Shown: positions 9,798-19,755 of the stretch, piece by piece | Layout: each line of letters begins with the position of its first letter | How positions within the stretch are numbered: position 1 is the stretch's first letter | NCBI GenBank assembly: GCA_029941565.1 | Contig: JAPYRN010000016.1 | Coordinates: forward strand, 2,845-50,939 | Length of the DNA stretch: 48,095 nucleotides | Direction: 5' to 3' | DNA from: Candidatus Latescibacterota bacterium | Lineage (GTDB): Bacteria; Latescibacterota; UBA2968; UBA8231 | Program-made: the position numbers and the translations under genes | Notes under the pieces: generated by a model | The model's database searches: none | What the model saw: the letters and a program-made list of their open reading frames with translations, nothing else | Told to the model about the DNA's origin: nothing

Positions 9798-10226
9798 CAG
9801 AAACCGAACGAAGAGGAGCTCGAGGTGCGTCGGCAGGCCGGGATCATGCGACCGGGCTATCTGCGTCCCTCTCGGGCATGTCATCGATCAGCCACTGGTC
9901 GAAAGTCTGGAGTTGCTCCGGAGTCAGGGCATCCTCTGAAGTCCAGCGGTTCACCCGAGTCGGTGTCGATCGTCAGCGAGACCTGCCAGGTCTGGCAAGC
10001 CTTGTCGCCAGCTACCAGGCTTGCGACGACGGCGGTGATGTCCGACGAAAGTCGAGTGCTCTGCACATCGGTTGGGTGGATGTAGACATCGGCCTGGAAG
10101 CTGTAGTCGGTTTCGATGACGGGACGAATGATGTTGAGCAGGTATTGGGTCTTCGACGGTATCGAATCGGGGATGTACCGCTGAAGACAACCCCGGGGGC
10201 GGACACCGGACCGTGGTCACCGAAAC

Positions 10227-10938
10227 TCAGCAGGGCACTGAAGGGACTGGTCGGGTTGGTGCCAAATTCAAGTCTCCCTTCGGAAAATCCACCTGGGCAA
10301 ATGAATCGATCTGCACCCTCTCTCCCGGCGCCAGGCGGAAGGGGATCTGTTGGAACATGAACAACCTTTCACGCGCCGCGCTGATCGCCTGGAGGGTGTC
10401 GAGGCCGCCTTCGATGATCAGCGCACCCCCCATTCCGTTGGCCACCTGGAGGGCTGTCGAACCATGTACGTGGGCGTGATACCAGAAAGTGCCGGGTTGG
10501 TGATCGTCGGGAATGTCGAAACGATACTGGAACCGCTCCCCCGGTTCGATCTTGAGCAGGACATTGTCACTGCTGTTCGAGGGTGAAATATGCAGGCCGT
10601 GGGTGTGCAGGTTCGTCGTATTGAAGTGATGGGGAATGTTATGGTTAGGGCATCGGATCGGGATTGGGCGTCAGTTCGTTGGCCAGGAGGATCCGTACCG
10701 ATTCTCCGGGTTTGAAACGAAGTGTGGGCCCCGTGACCTGACCATTGTAACTGCGCAGACGCACGATGGTTGTCGAGGTGACACGATCGTACCGCAGGTA
10801 GCGTGGCTGTGTGCAGCCGCTGTTGGGAACTCCCGCAACCAACCACTGGGCCATCGCCCCGGCGCCTCTGAGGAGGCACCCGTGGCGCAGGGATCTGGCC
10901 CTCGTATCGACGTGGATCGTTATGGCACGCAAAGACAT
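10227..10938 (-). pseudogene. Multicopper oxidase (laccase/CueO-like) N-terminal cupredoxin domain, disrupted by a frameshift near 10645. No downstream copper-site domain is found.
   Basis: ORF 10645..10938 gives ...SYNGQVTGPTLRFKPGESVRILLANELTPNPDPMP*. Shifting one frame after the stop gives NHNIPHHFNTTNLHTHGLHISPSNSSDNVLLKIEPGERFQYRFDIPDDHQPGTFWYHAHVHGSTALQVANGMGGALIIEG, which is then continuous with ORF 10227..10445. The HxH and WYHAH copper-ligand motifs are present. No HCH/HPxHLHG C-terminal motifs occur in any minus-strand frame before the CocE gene. Confidence 0.6.
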
Positions 10939-11177
10939 GACAGACCCTTCTAACTAAGGGGCGCTCATGATGCTCATCGCGTCATACTCCGCAACTGCTC
11001 GGCGCCATGCAACACTCGAGTTTCCGCACGACAGCATGGTTTCCTCGTGGCTGAACGGAAAGGCGTCCGGATACGCGGGTACTGTGTTGCGGATTGCATC
11101 GCGAGCGCCGAGCCGACCCATTTCCCCTTACCGACGAGAGGGCGCGTTACCGAGTGTAGGCAGCCTGGCGCAGTCTC

Positions 11178-12347
11178 TCAGGTCAGTGCACTCAGCAACT
11201 GGTCCACGTCCTCATGGTTGTTATATACCGAAGGTGCCAGGCGCAGCTTGTTGCCAAAGCGCATGGCCACGTGCACACCGGCCTCTTGGCAACGGCTCAC
11301 GGTCTGACCCGGATCGGGGGAGACAAACGAGAGGATCGGGCTGTCGTTGTCACGCGGCGTGATCGAGTCGTACCCAAGTCTGGGGAGTTCGTCATGCAGC
11401 CGATCGGTGAGTTCGCGGGCGTGGGCGCGAATGTTGGCCACACCCAGGCGCTCGATATACTGCAGGCTCTGCTGGGCACATACGGCACCCTCGTACGACG
11501 GGTAGCTGACTTCGTATCGGCCGGGACCTTCGGTGGGTCGGAAGTCCACTGCGGGACGTGTGGCGTCGGGATCATCGATCCAGGGTTCATAGTTGAAGCT
11601 GACGCCACCAGCGTGCTGTGTAGGCGCCACGACGGTACCCTGCAGATCCGCGCGCACGTATACATAACCAAAACCCTTGACGCCCATGAGCCACTTGAAG
11701 GTGGAGCAGGCGGCCATGTCGATACCGGATGCACGCACGTCGATGGGGACGGCGCCGGCGGCCTGCATGATGTCGGCGTAGAGGTAGGCACCCCGTGCGT
11801 GAGCCAGATCGCTGAGGCTGGCGATGTCGGCGACGAAGCCATTTACATTTGACACCAGGGCGATGGACACGAGCCGCGTATTGGCGTCGATGGCCTGCTC
11901 CATGGCGGCCATGTCGATCTGCCAGTCTCGATGCGGAACGATGCGGACATCGAGGCCATCCCGCTCGCGCATCTTGTAGTTGTACAGATTGGCCGAAAAC
12001 GACAGGTCGCAGGTGACGATGTTGCCACCCGCCAGATGGTCGGTCATGCCATTGAGCAGATTGCTTTCGGTTTCGACCGTGCTGCGGCCGTGGGCGATCT
12101 CTCCCGGGTCGGCATTGATGAGGCGGGCAAAGAGAGCCTTGGAATCGTCTCGTGTTCCCGCCCAGTTCGGCCACCAGGGCTCACCCACGTCGTGACTGAG
12201 CCACTCGACGTAACGATGCAGGGCGGCGGTGGAGTGTACGCTCAGGGGATGGGACGAGGCGTTGTCGAAGTAGGCTGCCGTGCGGGCACGGGGAAAGTCC
12301 GCCCGTACGGCGTCAAAATCAGGCCGCATGGTGGGCTCCGTGTTCAT
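11178..12347 (-). CDS. Class V aminotransferase-fold PLP-dependent enzyme (cysteine-desulfurase / IscS-SufS-like fold).
   Basis: 389 aa with typical class-V architecture (STFKWLMGVKGFGYVYV lysine region). Its start overlaps the stop of the upstream MFS gene by 4 nt. Confidence 0.8.
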   Translation of the reverse strand: MNTEPTMRPDFDAVRADFPRARTAAYFDNASSHPLSVHSTAALHRYVEWLSHDVGEPWWPNWAGTRDDSKALFARLINADPGEIAHGRSTVETESNLLNGMTDHLAGGNIVTCDLSFSANLYNYKMRERDGLDVRIVPHRDWQIDMAAMEQAIDANTRLVSIALVSNVNGFVADIASLSDLAHARGAYLYADIMQAAGAVPIDVRASGIDMAACSTFKWLMGVKGFGYVYVRADLQGTVVAPTQHAGGVSFNYEPWIDDPDATRPAVDFRPTEGPGRYEVSYPSYEGAVCAQQSLQYIERLGVANIRAHARELTDRLHDELPRLGYDSITPRDNDSPILSFVSPDPGQTVSRCQEAGVHVAMRFGNKLRLAPSVYNNHEDVDQLLSALT

Positions 12348-13657
12348 CTCGACGACTCCTCCGCTAGCTGTTCGCCACGCTTGCCGCCAAACACGACCAG
12401 CAGGATCAGGGCGCTGAGGCCGCGCGTCGCACCGGCCAGGGCGAAGGTCACCCAGTACCCGTACTCGACGATGAGGAAACCGGCGGCCAGGCTGGCGATC
12501 CCGGCGGGAATCTGAAATCCGGTGACCCGAAGGCTCTGCATACGCGCCCAGTATCTGCTAGGAATGATCTGGGTCGCATAGGTCATCTCGGTGGGCATGG
12601 TGATCGCCTCGACGATGGCGGAAAGCAGAAAGCACGCAAGACCGAGGGGCAGGTTGTCCGTCAATCCCAGAGCCACGAGCGCGAGGGAGCCGACCAGGCG
12701 TATGGGGACGACGGTGCGGATCGCTCCAAGCCGGCGCACCATGGCCGGCGCCAGGACGGTACACGGAACCGCAACGAGCTGGCTGAGAAAGAAGACCAGC
12801 CCGATCATCGGCGCCGACAAGCCCACCGCCCGCTGAAAGAAGACGTTGAAGAAGGGAAAGGAAAATCCCATCGACGCGCCCCGGCACACGCTGGTGACCC
12901 CAAAGGTGACAAACGTGCGCAGTGGGAAAGCGACCGGGCTGTCCTGCTCTTTGGCTGGATCTCTCGACGACCTAACATGCACCCCGATCAACGGCAGCAG
13001 GGCCGAAAGGCACAGAGCGGCGCCGATGTACAGGGCGTAGCGGAAGGGCTCCGGCAACTCGGTGCCGGTGTCCGTCAGTCGACCCATCAGATCGGGCAAT
13101 GATCCGGCCAGGAGGCTGACGACCATGCGTGTGATCGTCTGAATGCTGATCCAGATGGCGATCGCCTGGGCCCGTCGCTGAGGGGCGGCGTTTTCGCTGA
13201 GGAAGGGGACGTGGTTGACCCAGATGAAAGCGCCCGATGTCCCCGCGATGAAGGAAAGGGCCAACAGCAATGTGCTATCCGTCGCCGTGCAGAGACCAAC
13301 CTGCGTAACAGCCATCACGGCCGCCGATGCCAGCAGAAAGGGTTTGCGCCCGATCCGATCGCTGATGATACCGGTGGGAATGGCGAGCAACCCCGAAGCG
13401 ATCGGCGCCAGGCCCGCCATCAGTCCGATGAAGTCTTCCTGGAAACCCAACCGGGTCAGATACAGATTGTAGAGGAGGGACTGGATCGTCATCCCCGCGA
13501 AGAGTGGCACGCCGAACAGGAAGAAGCGGCGGACGTTGGCGTTGTATTCGCGAAGATTGTAGCCGCGCAGCAAGTCACTCAATGAGATCGGTCGATCCGG
13601 GGGGTCGGCAGTTCGCTGTTGGGGAAGCCCTTGTGGGCATCCGTGACGTCGAATCAC
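12344..13657 (-). CDS. MFS transporter.
   Basis: ~12 predicted hydrophobic helices. The DRIGRKP motif lies between TM2 and TM3. Stop is coupled to the aminotransferase start. Confidence 0.85.
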   Translation of the reverse strand: MIRRHGCPQGLPQQRTADPPDRPISLSDLLRGYNLREYNANVRRFFLFGVPLFAGMTIQSLLYNLYLTRLGFQEDFIGLMAGLAPIASGLLAIPTGIISDRIGRKPFLLASAAVMAVTQVGLCTATDSTLLLALSFIAGTSGAFIWVNHVPFLSENAAPQRRAQAIAIWISIQTITRMVVSLLAGSLPDLMGRLTDTGTELPEPFRYALYIGAALCLSALLPLIGVHVRSSRDPAKEQDSPVAFPLRTFVTFGVTSVCRGASMGFSFPFFNVFFQRAVGLSAPMIGLVFFLSQLVAVPCTVLAPAMVRRLGAIRTVVPIRLVGSLALVALGLTDNLPLGLACFLLSAIVEAITMPTEMTYATQIIPSRYWARMQSLRVTGFQIPAGIASLAAGFLIVEYGYWVTFALAGATRGLSALILLVVFGGKRGEQLAEESSR

Positions 13658-13709
13658 ACGGGGTTAGTCTTAAGTCAGCAGGAGGTGCTCGAACGGCAGG
13701 CGGGTGAAG

Positions 13710-14177
13710 CTACAGGGTCTGAAGTACCTGCAGATGCGAGTCGACGTGCTCGAGGGATACGCCGTGCCTGTGGGCACAGGCGATAATAGCCAGGTCTGTA
13801 GCAGGCACGGTATATCCTTGGATTCGTGCCTGTCGAGCCAAGTCAAAGGCTGCAGCCCAGACGGTATCGTCCATTGCCAGGTTGGGCAGACTATCAGCCA
13901 TCTCGGTCAGGACCTGCTTCTCGCACTCTGCCGATGGCGAGGTTATAGTCGTTGTGCAGATGGTCGAAGGGTTGGTATCGATCAGCGGCTCCATCTCGGA
14001 CGGAGCGATGTCCGGCCGGTCCTCATAGCTGCCGTGTCCGGTGATCCCGGCGTCGGTGTGAATCTTGACGGCCACCTGCTGATCGATGTCGTACATCCGC
14101 CGCCGACCGGCGGCGTTGTCGTAGCGACTCGACAGCGGCAGGCTGATCGGGATGACTTCGATGTCGATGATCTTCAT
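13710..14177 (-). pseudogene. Enolase-superfamily (MR/MLE) N-terminal capping domain only: a truncated remnant of a mandelate racemase/DgoD-like gene.
   Basis: MKIIDIEVIPISLPL...VAVKIHTDAGITGHG parallels the intact paralog at 25468..26628 (MKITDIKVYP...LIVKVETDEGIHGWGE). The ORF stops after ~155 aa, before any barrel-domain metal ligands. Confidence 0.45.
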
Positions 14178-14192
14178 GGTTTCACGCTCCTG

Positions 14193-14957
14193 TTAGCTCT
14201 TTCGCCCTGCTAGTAACTCGTCTCCCTTTTCCTTCATGCGCCGAACGATGGCGGCTACCGCGCGGCGGCCGAGGTCCAGGTTGGCTTCACGTGGATCTTC
14301 ACCGCTCACACCGACGACCTCCTCCCCCATCGGGGGCAACTGCGACAGGTCGGTGAGCCCCGGCCGCAGGGCCATCAGCAGCGAGGTCTCCCACTTGGCA
14401 GCGTGATCGCCCACTCTGGCCCCAAGTTCCTCGACCATATCGGCGACGAATGTCGCTTCCGTCGCGGCGAATACGCGCATTTGGGATCTGCGCATGAAGA
14501 CCGCCGACGTGTAGTCTGTGTAGAGCTGCAACGGATAGTGGCCGCAGAGTACGATCAGAGCCCGGAACCCAAGAGATGCGATCTGGTCATATGTGTGGAA
14601 CAGCAGGTCATTGTAGGCATGCGCCTGCGCATCCACAGTGGCGCCGTTCATCGTACCGATGCCGAAGTTTTCGGGTGGCAGCTGCATGATGTCGGCGATG
14701 GCTTCGCGCGAGGTGGGGTTGGCCTCCATGAGCTGGATCTCGCGGTGTTCGCCGTACCACAGAGGCGGAAAAACCAGACCACCGCCAGCCTCGGCACTCA
14801 GCACACACAACCGGTGTGCCTTCAACGTGTCGAGGCCGGTGGCGTTGTGCACTCCGTGCCATTCGACGGTGCCGATGGACAGAAATGCCAGCGGCTTGTC
14901 CGTGCGCGCCGCAACGATCTCATGCGGCAGCATTTCTTCGTACTGCACTCCGGGCAT
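14193..14957 (-). CDS. Creatininase-family cyclic amidohydrolase (copy 2).
   Basis: LSIGTVEWHGVHNATGLD plus ...LCGHYP... motifs, shared with copy 1 (VAYTGHYP). Confidence 0.8.
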   Translation of the reverse strand: MPGVQYEEMLPHEIVAARTDKPLAFLSIGTVEWHGVHNATGLDTLKAHRLCVLSAEAGGGLVFPPLWYGEHREIQLMEANPTSREAIADIMQLPPENFGIGTMNGATVDAQAHAYNDLLFHTYDQIASLGFRALIVLCGHYPLQLYTDYTSAVFMRRSQMRVFAATEATFVADMVEELGARVGDHAAKWETSLLMALRPGLTDLSQLPPMGEEVVGVSGEDPREANLDLGRRAVAAIVRRMKEKGDELLAGRKS

Positions 14958-15088
14958 CGTCCCTCCACGTCGGGTCAGCTGATGGTCATACCTAAAGCAA
15001 CTTTGGCGGATGCACCAAGAACTGTCTCTGGCATGATCTGTGATCCCATCTCTTGCATTCTAGATGTGATATCTCTTCGTAACTATAG
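14958..15088. promoter_or_regulatory. AT-richer divergent intergenic region between the creatininase copy 2 (-) and the SPFH fragment (+). Likely promoter region.
   Basis: Composition is visibly lower in GC than the flanking DNA, and the divergent gene starts sit on either side. No specific -35/-10 box assigned. Confidence 0.3.
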
Positions 15089-15635
15089 GTGACTGATCCC
15101 ATCAAAGTGAATGACAGCGATGGCAATCCCATCGAGATCGCAACAGTCGTCGTGTGGCGCGTCGTCGATACGGCGGAGGCATGCTTCCTTGTCGACGACT
15201 ACGTCGATTTCGTCCATGTGCAGAGCGAGGCGGCATTGCGCAACCTGGCAACGAGGTATCCGTACGACAGTGACGACGACAGCATCGTCGCCCTCCGTAG
15301 TCACACGGGCGAGATTGCCGAGACCCTAAGGACCGAGGTGCAGGACCGCCTCGAGAAGGCCGGTGTCGAGGTTATCGAAGCGTGCATCACACACCAGGCC
15401 TACGCATCGGAGATCGCCAGTGCCATGCTCCAGCGGCAACAGGCGGGTGCCACGCCGCCGGCAGAGAATTGTCGATGGCGCTGTGGGGATGGTCGAAATG
15501 GCTCTGGCGCGACTCGCCGAGGCAGAGGTGGTGGAACTCGATGAAGAGCGCAAGGCGATGATGGTCAGCAATCTGTTGGTCGTGTTGTGCGGCGAGCGCG
15601 CTGTGCAACCCGTCGTCAACAGCGGAACGCTGTAG
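15089..15635 (+). pseudogene. SPFH/band-7 (stomatin/flotillin-like) domain fragment. N-terminally truncated and frameshifted near 15455-15475.
   Basis: ORF 15089..15544 (GTG start immediately after an in-frame TAG) covers the SPFH core (NPIEIATVVVWRVVD...GVEVIEACI...[12 protein letters not shown]). The conserved C-terminus ...[44 protein letters not shown]... continues in another frame (ORF 15363..15635). The N-terminal membrane anchor and first SPFH strands are missing. Confidence 0.55.
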
Positions 15636-15800
15636 TAGACCAGGTGGGATCGAAGACGTGGCGAAACGAAAAGCCTTCCTCGTCCGCCTTGACCCTGCCA
15701 TTCTGGAGTCACTGCAGCGCTGGCCGCCGACGACCTGCGTAGTGAAGCCACTCCGAGTCCGATGGCGCGAAAGACCGAGACGTTCCTATGAATCCCCCTG

Positions 15801-16592
15801 TCACTCAAATAGAGAGGAGAAGAAGCGGTGTGGATCGGCGGGGTCGGCGAACAGGATCTGTTGTCGTGGTGTCAGCTCCAAACCCTCAGGAGGGTGCACC
15901 CGGCGCGCCGACCATGCAATCTGCGACACGCAGTATTTGTAGAGCACGCAGCGGCGCTCGTGAGGCGCCTGCCAGGTCGCCGTCCCGTGCGTCATCGCCT
16001 CGGTGAACAGGGTCACAGACCCGGCGGGCGCCTCGGGCAGGATAACACAGGCAGCATCCTCGCCAGCCTGCTGGATACCTTGCGGGACGCGGAAGCTACC
16101 CTTGTGCGAGCCCGGAATGCAGCAGAATCCGCCCTGCTCCGGACCAGCATCGGTCAAGTTCCAGGCGACGACGACGAAGCCTGTGTGCAGGATATGCTCC
16201 GGCGGATGAACGCGTTGACCCGCCGCCGAAGAGGAGCCGATCGCCGAGGCGCCGAAGTCCGAGTGCAGGCCGCCCGGTGGTGCCCCCGGGCGCATGCGGA
16301 TGCCGTAGAGACGATCCAGGCGGAAACAATCACCGAGGCGAAAGCGCAGGATCGGCAGGATCACCTCATGGTCGAGCAGATCGCAGAACTCCTGCCCCCA
16401 CTGTAGCAAGCCCGGACCTGCCGGCGCGCCACCGGCAGCGCTGCCGATGCGCTGGATGCGGTCCTCGTCAGGCAGATTCTGCGCGTCGATGTGTTCGTTC
16501 AGTGTCGCCAGCAAGGCGGGACTCAGAACATCCTCGACGACGAGATAGCCGTGCAGATCAAACAGATACTGCTGGGTCTCCAGATCGTGCAT
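15801..16592 (-). CDS. Phytanoyl-CoA dioxygenase (PhyH) family protein (copy 2).
   Basis: Real start is ATG 16592 ([19 protein letters not shown]), preceded by AAAGAGGA 5 nt upstream. The 200-codon Arg-rich upstream extension in the ORF track is an artefact. Motifs GLHSDFG and CIPGSHKG. Confidence 0.8.
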   Translation of the reverse strand: MHDLETQQYLFDLHGYLVVEDVLSPALLATLNEHIDAQNLPDEDRIQRIGSAAGGAPAGPGLLQWGQEFCDLLDHEVILPILRFRLGDCFRLDRLYGIRMRPGAPPGGLHSDFGASAIGSSSAAGQRVHPPEHILHTGFVVVAWNLTDAGPEQGGFCCIPGSHKGSFRVPQGIQQAGEDAACVILPEAPAGSVTLFTEAMTHGTATWQAPHERRCVLYKYCVSQIAWSARRVHPPEGLELTPRQQILFADPADPHRFFSSLFE

Positions 16593-16618
16593 TGGTCCTC
16601 TTTCTAGTGCCCGCGGGT

Positions 16619-17566
16619 CTAGAAGCCGCGCGCCACATCGACCACGTTGACCAGCGGTTCGCCCGCCAGATACCGTCGCAGATTGTCGCGGACAGACTCG
16701 AACATCTGCCGTTGGCCGTGCTGGGAGCCAGCCGCCTGGTGGGAGGTGATGATTAGATTCGGCGCCTCCCACAGGGGGCTGTCGCTCGGCAGTGGCTCCT
16801 CGGCGGTCACGTCGATGGCGGCGCCGGCGATTCGTTTCTCGACCAGGGCCTGCACCAGCGCCTGCTCGTCGATGATGCCGCCACGGGTGACATGCACGAG
16901 AAAGGCGGAGGATTTCATCGAGGCAAGCTCTGCGGCCCCGATCATGCCCTGCGTGAGGCGTGTCAACGGACAGGCGATCATAACCGCGTCCGAGCGTCGC
17001 AGCAGAGCGTGCAGATTTTCCGTCGTCGCCGGTTGCAGTTCGTCGACGCCTGTCGGTCGATCGGTGCGCAGCAGATCGACAGCCAGCACCGGCATGCCGA
17101 AGCCGGTGGCCTTTCTCGCCATGCCGGTGCCGAAGCCACCGAGGCCGACGATGCCGAGCGTGCTGCCGCGCAGTACGACCCTGGGACCTCCCCCCTGCCA
17201 CTGCTTCGCCTGCTGGCGCTGCACGGACAGATGAATGCCGCGGGTCAAGGACAGCAGCAGGGCCCAGGCGTGCTCGCTGCCCTGGTCGGCCTTGACGCCA
17301 GCCATGCTAGTCAGGACCGCGTCGCCATGACACGGTTCGGGCAGCAGGAAGCGGTCGACGCCGGAGCTCGTCGATTGGATCCAGCGAAGGCTGCGACCCG
17401 CCTCGATGACTTCCTTGGTGAACCGTGCCACCAGCACCTCGGCGGAGGCGACGAGACGTACCGCTTCCTCCGTCGTCGTCGCCACGAGGACCTCATGGCC
17501 GTTGGCCAGGTCCCGCAGCTCGTCGATCTGTGCGTCGGTGAAGGCGTGGTGGACTATGATGCGCAT
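16619..17566 (-). CDS. D-isomer-specific 2-hydroxyacid dehydrogenase family, NAD-binding.
   Basis: GIVGLGGFGTGMARKA Rossmann motif and catalytic-domain signature (ACPLT...G, HVTRGGIID). Confidence 0.9.
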   Translation of the reverse strand: MRIIVHHAFTDAQIDELRDLANGHEVLVATTTEEAVRLVASAEVLVARFTKEVIEAGRSLRWIQSTSSGVDRFLLPEPCHGDAVLTSMAGVKADQGSEHAWALLLSLTRGIHLSVQRQQAKQWQGGGPRVVLRGSTLGIVGLGGFGTGMARKATGFGMPVLAVDLLRTDRPTGVDELQPATTENLHALLRRSDAVMIACPLTRLTQGMIGAAELASMKSSAFLVHVTRGGIIDEQALVQALVEKRIAGAAIDVTAEEPLPSDSPLWEAPNLIITSHQAAGSQHGQRQMFESVRDNLRRYLAGEPLVNVVDVARGF

Positions 17567-17691
17567 GGCACCCTCGGGTCTGGAGAATGGCAGGCGGACA
17601 AGATAGGCGGTGCTAGGCCGCTGGCGCCAAAGGCATCGCCGTCTATGTTGTGGCTCACAGGTTCCAGAATTTCATTACAAGAGGATCCGAC

Positions 17692-18654
17692 ATGGGCATA
17701 CATCTTGGACAGATTGCACTGGGCCGGTTTGCCACGGGGCATCACGTGAAGAACCTGTTCACCCTCGGTGACAGCGCCAGGCTGGTCGCCGTCTGCGATG
17801 TATCCCAGGAGACCCTCGACGGCCGCGACGAGAGACTCGCTGACTGTGAGACCTTCACCGACTATGCCGATCTCATCGACCCGGACCGTGTCGACGGCGT
17901 CATCGTCAGCACGCCGAACAGTCATCACTTCGGCCCCTGCAAACTCGCCATGGAACGCGGTGTCCCGGTCCTGGTCGACAAGCCGCTGACGATGACGGTG
18001 CGGGAGGGAGAAGAACTGGTCGCCCTGAGCCGGGATTGCGATGTACCCCTCGTCACCGCCTTCACGCGGCACTTCATGCCCGCCACCGAGTATGTGCGCC
18101 AGCAGCTGCGGGCCAGTGGTGATGTGACCGTGATCAGCGCCGTGCAGCGTGGTGGAAGGACCGGCGAACCGCCTGCAGACGGGGGCATCCTGCATCGTCG
18201 TAGTGTCCACGTGCTCGATGTCATCCCCTGGCTCGCAGGCAGCCCGGTGCTGGCGGTCGAAGGATTCACCGTCGCCGCAGAGGGGTTCGGCCATGCCGTC
18301 GTCGATGCTCGCCTGCATCTGGCCAGCGGCGTGCTGGGCAGGGTGTTGTGCGTGCAGGACAGCGACCAGAACGAGGACGAAGTGAGCGTCTATGGCGAAT
18401 CTGCCAGCTATCGGTTGAACAAGCAGATCGTGCTGGCCGCGCAGAATCGCGGGGACTGGACCGCCATCGATGACCTTCCCGAGGCGGGCGGTAATGTCAC
18501 CACCTGGTTCGTCGAGCTCCTTGCGGGCCGACTGTCCAGCGAGGCGCAGAAACGCGCCGATCTGCACAGCGAGGACGGCCTGCAGGCCCTGCGTGTACTA
18601 GAGGCCATCGTCGAATCGGACCGCACCGGCCGCCGTGTCGAGTTGAAACCTTAG
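17692..18654 (+). CDS. Gfo/Idh/MocA-family NAD(P)-dependent oxidoreductase (copy 1).
   Basis: Start ATG 17692 with AAGAGGA SD. Motifs ...LVAVCDV...VDGVIVSTPNSHHF...VLVDKPL... Confidence 0.85.
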   Translation: MGIHLGQIALGRFATGHHVKNLFTLGDSARLVAVCDVSQETLDGRDERLADCETFTDYADLIDPDRVDGVIVSTPNSHHFGPCKLAMERGVPVLVDKPLTMTVREGEELVALSRDCDVPLVTAFTRHFMPATEYVRQQLRASGDVTVISAVQRGGRTGEPPADGGILHRRSVHVLDVIPWLAGSPVLAVEGFTVAAEGFGHAVVDARLHLASGVLGRVLCVQDSDQNEDEVSVYGESASYRLNKQIVLAAQNRGDWTAIDDLPEAGGNVTTWFVELLAGRLSSEAQKRADLHSEDGLQALRVLEAIVESDRTGRRVELKP

Positions 18655-18669
18655 AAAGGAACGTAACCG

Positions 18670-19749
18670 ATGACTGACAAGATCCGCTTCGCCCAGCTCA
18701 GCTTCTGGTTTTCCCATGGCCACAGCCTGGCTGCGGCGGCGCAGAGCCATGCACAGGCCGAGTTGGCCTGCGTCTGGGACGAAGATGCCGAGCGCGGTGC
18801 AGCTGCAGCCGAGAAGTACGGCGTGCCCTTCGTCGCCGATATGGACGAGTTGCTGGCGCGCGATGATGTCGACGCTGTCGGGATCTGCTCCCCGACGCAG
18901 TTGCACGGCGAGCACATCATACGCGCCGCCGAAGCTGGCAAGCATTGCCTGGTGGAAAAACCATTCACACGCACCGTTGCTCAGGCGGACGAGGCCATCC
19001 GCGCCGCCCAGGCCGCAGGTGTGCAGGTAATGCCCGCCTACAACCTGCGCTTTTCGCAGTCCAACGAGAAGCTGAAAGAGATCGTCGACAGTGGCATCCT
19101 CGGCCCCCTCTACCATGTGCGTCGGCGGCACGGCCAGATGAAGTATGGCCCTTTCGGCTACGACGCCGAGCGCATCGTCAACGACCCGGCCAGTCCCTGG
19201 GGCGCCGACCCGGACGCCGAAGGGCGACGCTGCCTGCTCCACGCTGGCTCCCACGTCGTGTTCTGGATGCTGTGGATGTTCGGCATGCCCGAGTCCGTCG
19301 TCTCCCTATCGGTGGCGCGCGTGCCCAGGTTGCCCGCGGAGGACAACAACGTCTCCCTTTTCCGTTATGCCGACGGCGGCCCCTTGGTGACCCTGCAGAG
19401 CAGCCAGACCGAGACCGCCGCTCCACTGGCGACCGAGATTTACGGGTTCGAGGGCGCTGTTGTGCAGACCCGTGGCGACGGACCGTCCACGCAAACTGAA
19501 TTCGCCAAGTTGGGAGCGTTGATGCTTTATCGCGAGCAGACCAAGGCCTGGGAAACGATCCCCGACATCGACCGGGCCTTCAACCGTCCCGGGGCCAACT
19601 CTCCATCGAAGTTCTTTGAAGCCCTGGCCAGCGACCAGCCCGTGCCGGTCAGCATGCACGACGGACGACGCTGCGTGGTTCTACTGGAAGCCGCCGAGCG
19701 GGCCGAAGCCGAGAAGCGGCAGGTGGAGATCGCCGAGGTAGAAGCCTAG
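18670..19749 (+). CDS. Gfo/Idh/MocA-family oxidoreductase (copy 2).
   Basis: ...VDAVGICSPTQLHGEHI...HCLVEKPF... plus a C-terminal alpha/beta domain. Confidence 0.85.
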   Translation: MTDKIRFAQLSFWFSHGHSLAAAAQSHAQAELACVWDEDAERGAAAAEKYGVPFVADMDELLARDDVDAVGICSPTQLHGEHIIRAAEAGKHCLVEKPFTRTVAQADEAIRAAQAAGVQVMPAYNLRFSQSNEKLKEIVDSGILGPLYHVRRRHGQMKYGPFGYDAERIVNDPASPWGADPDAEGRRCLLHAGSHVVFWMLWMFGMPESVVSLSVARVPRLPAEDNNVSLFRYADGGPLVTLQSSQTETAAPLATEIYGFEGAVVQTRGDGPSTQTEFAKLGALMLYREQTKAWETIPDIDRAFNRPGANSPSKFFEALASDQPVPVSMHDGRRCVVLLEAAERAEAEKRQVEIAEVEA

Positions 19750-19755
19750 ACATCC

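Noticed and set aside
6970-9884. Long minus-strand ORFs (6970..7743, 7752..8669, 8688..9884) overlapping the epimerase and CocE genes.
   Set aside because: They are antisense to genes with strong family motifs. Their translations are Arg/Gly/Pro-rich low-complexity, typical of stop-poor reverse frames in GC-rich DNA.
13710-13870. Reading the C-terminus of ORF 13710..14177 (…ATDLAIIACAHRHGVSLEHVD…) as a PIN/VapC domain.
   Set aside because: The same stretch aligns position-by-position with the end of the enolase capping domain of the intact paralog (…[27 protein letters not shown]…). The PIN acidic residues are absent.
16593-17201. 200-codon N-terminal extension of the PhyH ORF 15801..17201.
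   Set aside because: The translation is Arg/His-rich nonsense and overlaps the 2-hydroxyacid dehydrogenase on the same strand. A clean SD+ATG at 16592 gives a normal-length PhyH.
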